From contig NC_057753.1 in the NCBI RefSeq assembly GCF_004010195.1, positions 5,437,435 to 5,483,504 of the forward strand: 46,070 nucleotides of DNA, written 5' to 3'. The notes below the pieces were generated by a model. The model was not told where the DNA came from, did not search any database, and was given only the letters and a program-made list of their open reading frames with translations. A program made the translations under genes and the position numbers. Within the stretch, counting starts at the first letter, position 1. The number at the start of each line of letters is the position of its first letter. Of the stretch, positions 36,215-46,070 are shown piece after piece. This DNA is from Chiloscyllium plagiosum (taxonomy: Eukaryota).

Positions 36215-36430
36215 GTGAGGAGAGCTGCATTCAGCTGCACTAAATTTGGAGGGGATTTACTCAGTCATCCAGCCTACTGTTGCACTTGCAGTCACTTCCT
36301 CTGTGTGCGTTTGATGTTTCATGGAATCAGCCCATCTGATCGATGCCTGAGTTGTCTACAATGAGGAAAGACCATCCAGCCGTATTTTACAGTAGGTCTG
36401 ACTGTTCATCGATGTGTGGGGAGAGACATC
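36215..36430 (+). pseudogene. Heavily decayed zinc-finger remnant
   Basis: TTCAGCTGCACTAAA.. (FSCTK), then after a frameshift GFTQSSSLLLH, later LTVHR..GER-like. Confidence 0.55.
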
Positions 36431-37409
36431 GGACACATCAACAAGGTCACGTGATGGAGATGATGTTTGTGTCAATGTTTGTGTCTGAGTAGAAAAGGGT
36501 TTGATCATCAATATGATTGCAATGGCAGAATGGGAAGAGGCTATTCATGTGTTTCCTGTGTGGAGACAAATTACCAGATAATGCACACAATGCCTTTGAA
36601 ATATGGAATTCATTTCAAATTATTGCAGGGCCTTTCCCATTAAATGCAAAATTTACTTGGTATTACCACAGAATTATCTATACACAGAACTTTTAGATAA
36701 GCTCAGAAACTCAGAAACTACATTGGTTTAATTTTTTTAGTATTATTTTACTTTGCAGCCTACTATGTAAGGAAATACAGAATAGAATGCAAACTAGAGG
36801 ACCCATCAAAAAGAGCTGTGCAGATATTTTGCTAATCTGATTAGGCTGATTGAATGTAGACCAGGTCAAAAGCAATGCACTTTTGTGTATGTCCCCTTTT
36901 CCTTTTGAGGAAGGTGTTGTTAATTTGATGATATCATATCAATACTTTTTTCATTAAAATGGAACTAAAAATTCAGCAAGGCCCCTTAGAAAGTGCCTTG
37001 TAAACCCACAACCATTTCCATCTAGAAGGACACAGATAGCAGCTGAAGGAAGATACTGCCACTTATAAATTACCTCACAAGCCACTCACCATCCTGACTT
37101 GGAAATACATTGCTGTTCTTTTAGTGGCACTGGGACAAATCTTGGAACTCCCTCCTTAACAGCATTGTCGGTGTGCCTACACCAAATAAACTGCAGTGGA
37201 TCAAGAAGACAGTTCACCATCTTCTCAAGGGCAACCAAGAATGGGCAATAAATGCTGGGTCCAACCATAGACGCCTACATCCCATGAGTGAATAAAAAAA
37301 TCTCTGTTAATTCTATCTTGGAAATTATGCAATACTCTTTGGTGAGTCTATGTGAAACTATCATTCTTTTTCTCATGCTTTGTAACTGAATATCTCATCT
37401 GTCTCTGAG

Positions 37410-37960
37410 ATCATGGATCATAGAATCCCCTACACTATGGAAACAGATCATTTGGCTCAACAAGTCCACACTGACCCCCCCAGAGAGTATCCTACCCAGA
37501 CCCATTCCTCTACATTTCCCCTGACTAATGCTGAAAATGTATTGCTGGAAAAGCGCAGCAGGTCAGGCAGCATCCAGGGAACAGGAGAATCGACGTTTCG
37601 GGCATAAGCCCTTCTTCAGGAATGGGCTTATACCCGAAACGTCGATTCTCCTGTTCCCTGGATGCTGCCTGACCTGCGCTTTTCCAGCAACACATTTTCA
37701 GCTCTGATCTCCAGCATCTGCAGTCCTCACTTTCTCCTCCCTGACTAATGCACCTAACCTACACACCCCTGAACACTATGGGCAATTTAGCACGGCGAAT
37801 TCACCTGATCTGCACATCTTTGGACTCTGGGAGGAAACCCACATAAACACAGGGAGACTGTGCAAACTCTGCACAAAAGTCCCCGAGGTTGGAATCAAAC
37901 CCGGGTCCGTGGTGTTTAGAGGCAGCAGTGCTAACCACTGAGCCACTGTGCCGTCCTTCT
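37410..37960 (-). mobile_element. V-SINE interrupted by a palindromic hammerhead insertion
   Basis: A/B boxes near 37890-37950; CCCTGACTAATGC duplicated at 37519-37531 and 37739-37751 around the nested insert. Confidence 0.85.
37591..37619 (-). ncRNA. Minimal hammerhead ribozyme motif
   Basis: Minus strand CTGAAGA-A-GGGC-TTAT-GCCC-GAAAC-GTC with an intact core. Confidence 0.75.
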
Positions 37961-38369
37961 AATTATGCATGATGCAGATGTAGGAGATGCTGTTCCAATT
38001 GAGCAACATCCATACAGGCACTACCCTCCAAAGTTGGCATAGGTTCAAAAGGAGATTGAGTACATGCTCCAGACACTCACCCGAGGCTGGAATTGAACCT
38101 GGGTCCCTGGTGTTGTGAGGGAGCAGTGCTAACCACTGAACCACCACATTACCCAAGATGTAGTAATGTCTTTGTATTCAGTTCATCACCTGACCCTCAA
38201 TATAAACTTGCTCTTAATGCAGATTCTTAATTTTAATGTGTCTTTACTATTGAGAAATATTCAATAAAACTATTGCAACAATTTGATAACTTGGGTTTTT
38301 CCTGTCTGGCCTCCCTTTATCTCCATTTCCCATCTCAACACTTAAGATGATTCTTCATTTGTAGAAGTG

Positions 38370-39105
38370 GCATGTGAAATACAGTTTGGGAAATTGTGAG
38401 ATTATGCCCTTTGGTAGGAAGATTCAGAAATCTGAAGTGCAGAGACTTGGCAGTTTTCTTTTAAGGTAAACTTGCAGGTTGAGTCAGTCGTGAGGAAAGC
38501 CAATGCTGTGTTGTCATTCATATTGAGAGGACTAGCGTATAAAAGCAGGGACATATTTTTGAGGCTTTATAAGCCTCTGGTCAGACCACATTTAGAGTAT
38601 TGTGAGCAATCTTGGCCCCTATACCTCAGGAGGAATGTATTGACCCTGGAGTGGGAGCAGAGGAGGTTTTCACAAATGATCCCAGGAATGGAAGGCTTAA
38701 CATATGACAAATGTTTGAGAATTCTGGGGGTATACCTGATGGAGTTTAGAAGGATGAGGGGAGATCTGACTGAAACTTACAGGATACTGAACAGCCTGGA
38801 CAGAGTGGACGTTGGAAGATGTTTCTGTGGGCAGGAGAGACTAGGACCTGAGGGCACAATCTAAGAGTAAAGGGAAGACTGTTTAGAGTGGAGATAAGGA
38901 GAATCTTCTTTAGTCAGAGAGTGGTGAATCTGTCACAGAGACCTGGTCAATGGGTAAATTTAAAACTAAGGACTTGATTGTCTCGATTATGGAGAGAATG
39001 CAGAAAAATGGGCTTGAAAAATCTTATCAGCCATGATTGAATAATGGAGCAGACTCAATGGACTGAATGGCCTAATTTCTGCTTCTGTGTCTTATGGTAT
39101 TATGG
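38370..39105 (+). mobile_element. CR1 LINE 3' fragment
   Basis: RLYKPLVRPHLEYCEQSW..RRMRGDLTETYRIL. Confidence 0.88.
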
Positions 39106-39368
39106 AGGCAGAATCTCAGACAATGAGGGACCTCCAGGATCAGCCTGTGCTCTTCATTCGCTCGTATTGGTTGGAGGACCAAACTCCCGCTGAGTCTTCA
39201 GTCTCTCTCTTCCCCCCCCCCCCCCCCGATATTCCTAAAAGGAATGAATGACCACCTATTACTTAATTGTAAATAAGTATCAGCGGACCCGAAATGTTCC
39301 CTCTGATTTCTCTTCACAGATACTGCCAGACCTGATAAGCTTCTTGGGTAACGTCTTGTTTCTAAATA

Positions 39369-39712
39369 CAGTAGTGCCTCGACTTACGAACTTAATCCGT
39401 TCCGGGACCTGGTTCGCGAACCAAAAAGTTCCCATTGTTCGGATAGTGTAAGAATGCTTGGATGGCTGTTCACAGTGCACGCGCTAAAGATGAACTGAAT
39501 GAAATCACGCGGGGCCCGAGAGCTTTTGCATTCAACAAGCGCGTAGCAAAGCAGAACAATGAAACCACGTGGTCGCACATGGGCTTTTTGCATTTGTACC
39601 TTTGCTCGTACCTTGAATTTCGTACGTATGTTGAAGCAAAATTTTATGTACAATCCTGTTCGTAAACCGATTTGTACGTGAATGGGGTCGTTTGTATGTC
39701 GAGGTGCTACTA
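39369..39712. mobile_element. Tigger/pogo-type MITE with TA TSD
   Basis: TA|CAGTAGTGCCTCGACTTACGAAC ... GTTTGTATGTCGAGGTGCTACTA|TA: 18/23 inverted match by hand count. Confidence 0.8.
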
Positions 39713-41156
39713 TACTACTTCTCATTTTAAAAAATATTTTCTGTGACCTGACATCTGATTTTCGTCGACTATCTTTAATATCTCCTGATGGTATTTGGAC
39801 AGCATCTCTATCTGGTGTAACACCATCCACTTTTCTGCAGGTCTGCACAATGATTCTGCATGAACTGTCATTAGATTTGAAATATTAAGTCTGCTTTCTC
39901 TCCACAGATACTGCCTGACCTGTTAAGTTTCTCCAGTACTTTTTTTTACCATATTTCCAGCATCTGCAAATTTTTGATTAATGTTTATGCATGTCCATCA
40001 TCTGCTTTGGGACAATAGATCAATTCGAAGGCCCTGGTGCAGTGAAGAAATAAAAATCAATGCAGACCATTGGGTTACATTAGTTATTGAACTTCAAATG
40101 CACATTTTGCATTTCTATTCTTTCTGCCAGAATTATATAAGCTGGAGATATCTCTCACATGGATGACTGCAGATTCCCCATGTGGGCTTCCAATAGGAAA
40201 AAGTCTCATAGAATCATAGAGAGACATCGCGTTTCTAGAGCATGGAAAGTTGCTCTTCAGTCCATCATGTTCATGCCGGTCATCAAGACCTCCAGGTTCC
40301 AGCCCTTGGCTGTAACCTTGCACTGTAATTTAAGTGCTTATCTAAATGCCTTTATAAATGCCTTTATAAAGATTCCCTTCATTACAACCTTTTCAGACAC
40401 CGAGTTCTAGATACCTGCCACCTTCTGAATGAATTTGTTTTCTCTCACATTCTCTCTAAACCTCCTGCGGTGTTCCTTAAAACTGCAATTCCTGGTTACT
40501 CGAACTTTGACTTAGGGAGACTTTTCTCTCTATCTATCCCTCTCGTAAATTTATGCACCTCAATCAGTTACCAATCCACTGACCCCCTCGCCTCCCTGCC
40601 TTGTGGAATACCACATCCAGCCACTCTTCGTTACTCCCTCTTGGGCAACATCCTGGTAAATCTCAGCAGGTCTGGCAGCAACTGTGGAGAGAAACAGAGT
40701 TAATATTTCAGGTTCAGTGACCCTTCCCCGGACCTGTTGAGCTTTTCCTGCAATTTCTATTTTTGCTCTGATTTCCAGCATCTGCAGTTCTTTCAGTTTT
40801 TATCCTGGTAAATCTCCTCTGCACGCTAGTGCAATTATATTCTTTCTCTGGTACAGAGATCAGAACAGTATACAATATTCCAAGATGCCCGAATTAATGT
40901 TATCCAAAGCTCCATCATAATTGTATAGTTTCTGTGCAAAATATATCCAGATGGTGATTGCAAAATATTATGAAAGAATCCTGCCAACCTGTGCAATGCT
41001 TGGGGAAGATTATAAAATTGATTTTCCGTGCAGAGGCAAGCACCTCTCAAAAGTACATGTAATTGGGTGTGAGAAACTGGGACAAGGAGAATGGCCTCCT
41101 CCTGCTCTGCACCAATTCTATTTAACACTTGCTTCCCAGGAGGTCATCCAGCAATG

Positions 41157-41256
41157 CCACTTCTCCTTCCATTGGCCTGGAACCACTGTCAATCATTGCC
41201 TGTATCACCCACGGCTGAAGCGAGCGCATGCTTGGCAGGTGTAGATCAGGTGAGCT
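41157..41256 (+). promoter_or_regulatory. CpG-decayed paralog of the ZNF gene 1 promoter/first exon
   Basis: CCACTTCTCCTTCCATTGGCCTGGAACCACTGTCAATCA versus gene 1 sense CCACTCTCTTCCTATTGGTCCAGCGCTACTGCCAATCA; then GCGCATGC (41224) and CAG|GTGAGC (41250). Confidence 0.55.
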
Positions 41257-41299
41257 GTCCAGGGGCCATGCACAAATGGGACATAACCAAGAAAAATGT

Positions 41300-44200
41300 T
41301 ACTGGAGGAGTAACAATGGTCAAAAACGAATGTGCAACTGGAGGAGTAGTAATACTGAAGAAGGCACTTGGATAGAGAAGAGTAATAATACTGAAGAAGG
41401 CTATGTGAATGATGGAGTAATAATACTGAAGTAAGGAAGTGTTAATGGAGGAGTAATAATATTGAGGAAGGCAAATGTAAATGCAGGTTTAATAATACTG
41501 TGGAAGGGGTGTGTGTTTGGAACAACAATAATAGCGAGGAAGGGACCGGTAAGTGGAGGTCTAATAGTATTTAGGAATTGTTATATAACTGGAGGAATAA
41601 TAATACCGAGGAAGGAATGGACACATAATAGTACTGAAAAAGGGTTGTATAAATGGAGAAGAATTAATACTGAGGAAGAGGTGTGTGAATGGAAGGCTAA
41701 TAATACTGAGGAATGGATGTGTAAATGGAAGAGTATTTGTATTGAAGAAGGGGTATGTAAATAGCACAATAATTTGAAGGAAGGAATATGTATATGGAGG
41801 AGTAATAATGCCGTGGTTGTGGATATGTTCGCCAAGCTGAGCAATTGATTTGCAGACATTTTATCCCTTGTCCATGTGACATCTTCAGTGCTTTGGAGCC
41901 TTCTGTTAAGCACTGTACTGTGTCTTCTGGAATTTATTTGGTTCCGTTTCTGCTGCTTCCGGTTGCTAGTTCCAGTTCCTTGTAGTGGCTGGTATATTGG
42001 GTCTAGGTCTATATCTTTGTTGATGGAGTTCATGGATGAGTGTCATGCTTCTAGAAATTCTCTGGCTGTCCTCTGTTTAGTTTGTCCCTTGATCTTTGTG
42101 TTGTCCCAGTCGAACTTGTGGTCCTTGTCATCTGTGTGTCACCACTAGAGACAGCTGGTCATGGCATTTAGTGGCTAGTTAGTGTTAGTGGATGCGGATT
42201 GCTAGTTGTCTGCCTGTTTGTCCTAGATAGTGTTTTGTGCATGGAATCTTGTAAAATACATTCATCTTGCACATGATGGGCACAGGGTCTTTTGTTCTGG
42301 TGAGTTGTCTGAGCGTGTCTTTCGGTTTATGGGCTGTCATGAATCCGAGTGGTCGGACGAGTCTGGCTGTTAAGTCTTCTGGAGAGGCTGTTAAACCTCT
42401 CCAACAGACAGTCACAGACAGAGAAAAAGCCATGCTAGCCTAGAAACTCAACTACAACCACAGGGATCGAAAAACTACAGACTTTCTAGCTGTACTAGAA
42501 TGTATGCTCAGAACTAACAGACTTACCAAAGAGAGACAGCAAGCAGTCAGACAAACCATTGTACCCTTACTAGCAAAGAAAAGACAAAAGAAGAATCTCA
42601 ACACCAAAGAGAGAGAAGCCCTCAACACACTTGAAAAGGACAAGAACATAATCATAGTACCAGTGGGTAAAGGCGGAATGACGGTTATTATGGACAAGAC
42701 TGAATATATTCAGAAAGCAGAGAAACTAATTCCAGATATGGATACCTACCTACAGAGGGAGTGAGACCCCATGGTACAGCTAACCAATAGAGAAAAAAAA
42801 CACACTATGGAACCTACAAAAAATAAGGGCTGATATCCAGGATTGAAGATTTTACGGATTACCCAAGGTACCCAAGCCACTTAGACCTATTGTGGTATTT
42901 CCAGGAACCCCATCACTTAAACTGGCAAAAGCTGAAGCATCTTATCAGCGGATCCAAACACTCCTTGCGATCATCACAGGAATTCCTAGGCATCATCAAG
43001 AACATAAACATAGACAAGGATGAAGCAATGGTCTCATTCGCTGTAATGGCACTGTTCATTTCAATTGACAAAACTCTAGCTGGAGAGACAATAGCCAACT
43101 TCCGAGACAAACAGTACCGATGGCATGGCAGGGAACTATGGACAAGATCTGCATACTCAAACTACTAGATTTTTGCTTGATGATACACTTCACATTCAAC
43201 AACCAAATATATGAACAAACCAATGGGGCACCTATGGGCTCACCCATCTCTGGGCTCATAACAGAAGCAGTAATGCAAAAACTGGAACAAAAGCACTGCC
43301 ACAAATCCAACCCAAACTCTGGATCAGATACGTCCATGACACTTTTGTAATTATTAAGAGAGCGAAATCGAGAACACACACAGGATTATAAACACCATTC
43401 CCACAGGGATCAGATTTACAAGAGAGGAGGAAACCAACAATCAACTCCCATTCCTGGATGTGATGGTAGAAGGAACACAGAACGGTGAATGCACCACAAA
43501 AGTGTACAGAAAAGCCACACACACCGGGTCTTGAACTACAACATCAACCACCCAAACACACACAAGAGAAGCTGCATTAGGACCCTGTTCAAAATGGTAC
43601 AATACACTGCAGCACTCCCAACCTCTGAAGGGAAGAAGAACGCCTCTACAGAGTCTTCACCAAGAATGGATGTTCCCGTAACTTCATCCACAGATGCCTA
43701 GCAGACAAACAACGTGACAAGGGCATGCCATGACCCAACACACCAGCCATGCTACCTTATATTAAAAAAAATCTCAGAACTAACAACCAGATTTCTCTGA
43801 CCACTGGGATTCATGACAGCCCATAAACTGACAGCCAAACTCAGACAACAATTTACCAGGGTAAAAGGCTCTATACCCATCATGTGCAAGATGAATGTAA
43901 TTTACAAGATTCCATGCAAAGACTGCACAAAACACTATCTCGGCCGAACAGGCAGACAATGAGCGATTCACATCCATGAACACCAACTAGCCACGAAATG
44001 GCATGACCAGCTGTCCCTAGTATGGACACACATAGATGACAAGGACCATAAATTCGACTGAGACAACGCAACAGTGATAGGACAAGCTAAACAGGAGACA
44101 GCCAGAAAATTTCTAGAAGTATGGCACTCATCCACAGATTCTACCAACAAGCACACTGACCTAGACCCAATATACCAGCCACTGCAATTAACAACTAGAA

Positions 44201-45155
44201 CTGGCAACTGGAAGCAGCAGAAACAGAACCAAATAAATTACAGAAGACACAGTACTGCAGTGCTTCACAGCACGCTCCAGAGCACTGAAGGTGCCAACCA
44301 GACAGGGGATGCAATGTCTGCAAATCAATTTCCCAACTTGCCGAATATAAGTATAACTACTGCAAATGGCACCCGAGCTATAACTCTTTAACAAACCTTG
44401 AGGAGTAACAATATTGAGCAAGGGCTATGTAAAATAGAAGTATAATAATACTTAAGAAGAGATGTGTAATTATTGGAGTAATAATGCTGAGGAAGAGATG
44501 TATAAGTACACATGTAATAATACTTAGGAAGAGATGTGCAAATGTAGTAGTAATAATACTGAGGAAATGATATGTAACTAGAGGCGTAATAATGCTGAGG
44601 AGAAGAAGTGTTAATTGAGGAGTAATAATACTGAGGAAGGGATGTGCAAATGGAGGAGTAACAATACTGAGAATGAGTTACGTAAATGGAAGAGAATTAA
44701 TACTGAAGACGGCATGTGTAAATGGAGAAGTAATAATACTGAGAAAAAGTTGTGGACATGGAGGAGAACTTATGTTGAAGAAGACATGCATAAATAGAGG
44801 AATCATTCTGAGGAAGGGATGTAGAAATGGAGGAATTTTAATACTGAGGAATAGATGTGTAAATTGAGATGTAATAAAACTGAGGAGGGGATGTATGAAT
44901 AAAGAAATAATTCTGAGGAAGGGATGTGTAAATGGAAGAACACTAATACTAAGGAAGTGATATGTAAAGGGAGACGTAATGATAATGAGGAAAGAATGTG
45001 TAAATGGAGAAATTTACGGAGAGTAAGGGATGTGTAAATGGAGTAATCATACTGAGGAAGGGGTGTGTAAAATTGTTTGGATGTGTAACTGCTGGAGATG
45101 TAATGCCAAGGAAGGGATGTGGAGATGGAGATATAATACTGAGCAGGGGGATGTG
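41300..45155. repeat. Diverged 36-bp satellite, split by a Penelope insertion
   Basis: Approximate consensus TGGAGGAGTAATAATACTGAGGAAGGGATGTGTAAA at 41300-41810 and 44400-45155. Confidence 0.9.
41812..44400 (+). mobile_element. Penelope-like retroelement (RT + GIY-YIG, degraded) with an inverted 3' copy at 41812-42390
   Basis: RFYGLPKV, MVSFAVMALFISID, EQTNGAPMGSPISG, WIRYVHDTF, PFLDVMV, HPNTHKRSCIRTLF, NVIYKIPCKDCTKHYLGRTGRQ; the same 3' region appears on the minus strand upstream. Confidence 0.9.
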
Positions 45156-45157
45156 AC

Positions 45158-46070
45158 TAGAGTCATAGAGTCACAGAGATGTACAGCATGGAAATAGACC
45201 CTTCAGTCCAACCCGTCCATGCAGACCAGATATCCCAACTCAATCTAGTTCCACCTGCGAGCACCCGGCCCATATCCCTCCAAACCCTTCCTATTCATAT
45301 AACCATCCAAATGCCTCTTAAATGTTGCAATTGTACCAGTCTCCACCACATCCTCTGGCAGCTCATTCCATGCACGTACCACCCTCTGTGTGAAAAAGTT
45401 GCCCCTTAGGTCTCTTTTACATCTTTCCCCTCTCACTCTTTACCTATGCTCTCTAGTTCTGGACTCCCCAACCCCAGTGAAAAGACTTTGTCTATTTTTC
45501 CTATCCATGCCCCTCATAATTTTGTAAACCTCTATAGGGTCACTCCTCAGCCTCCGACACTCCAGGGAAAACAGCCCAAGCCTGCCCAGCCTCTCCCTGT
45601 AGCTCAGATCCACCAACCCTGACAACATCCTTGTAAATCTTTTCTGAACCCTTTCAAGTTTCGCAACATCTTTCTGATAGAAAGGAGACCAGAATTGCAC
45701 GCAATATTCCAACAGTGGCCTAACCAATGTCCTGTACAGCCGCAACATGACCTCCCAACTCCTGTACTCAATACTCTGACCAATAAAGGAAAGCATACTA
45801 AACGCTGTCTTCACTATCCTATCTACCTGCGACTCCACTTTTGAGGAGCTATGAACCTGCACTCCAAGGTCTCTTTGTTCAGCAGCATTCCCTGGGACCT
45901 TACCATTAAGTGTATAAGTCCTGCTGAGATTTGCTTTCCCAAGATGCAGCACTTCTCATTTATCTGAATTAAACTCCATCTGCCACTTCTCAGCCCATTG
46001 GCCCATCTGGTCCAAATCCTGTTGTAATCTGAGGTAACCCTCTTCGCTGTCCACTACACCTCCAATTTTG
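45158..46070 (-). mobile_element. Young CR1/HER1-like LINE, continues beyond the window
   Basis: 170-aa ORF ([33 protein letters not shown]) plus the 3' tail. Confidence 0.93.

Noticed and set aside
39120..39230. Possible additional decayed promoter (ATTGG box, poly-C)
   Set aside because: No convincing alignment to the other promoters in this window.
41300..45155. 36-bp repeats as a CRISPR array or a WRSNNTEEGMCK repeat protein
   Set aside because: Units are contiguous with no unique spacers, no cas genes are present, the context is vertebrate, and frames are broken by stops and indels.

Overview
Eukaryotic, repeat-rich genomic DNA, almost certainly from a cartilaginous fish: the HE1/V-SINE-like SINEs, CR1 (HER1-like) LINEs and Penelope-derived repeats are typical of sharks (inference). 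The window holds part of a tandemly duplicated C2H2 zinc-finger cluster with no KRAB, SCAN or BTB domain visible. There are three ZNF genes: minus 17-796 (8 fingers), plus 18572-19558 (8 intact fingers plus a decayed tail) and plus 31166-31756 (7 fingers). Each has a candidate CpG-rich promoter/first exon several kb upstream, a conserved intron end and a 5' region made of decayed fingers. Relics of other cluster members are also present: an orphan intron end at 25.0-25.3 kb, finger fragments at 19.6, 35.1 and 36.2 kb, and a CpG-decayed promoter copy at 41.2 kb. The rest is mostly transposon debris: CR1, Tx1-like, RTE, a Penelope element inside a 36-bp satellite, a solo LTR, a Tigger/pogo MITE and tRNA-derived SINEs. 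The most interesting signals are (i) several families of minimal hammerhead-ribozyme motifs in short Penelope-derived insertions, (ii) RFX+YY1 promoter modules with a 45-bp YY1/splice-donor array and a paralogous upstream segment that may encode a uORF peptide, and (iii) an antisense finger copy downstream of ZNF gene 2 that could fold back on the mRNA. All alignments were made by eye, and many repeat boundaries are approximate.
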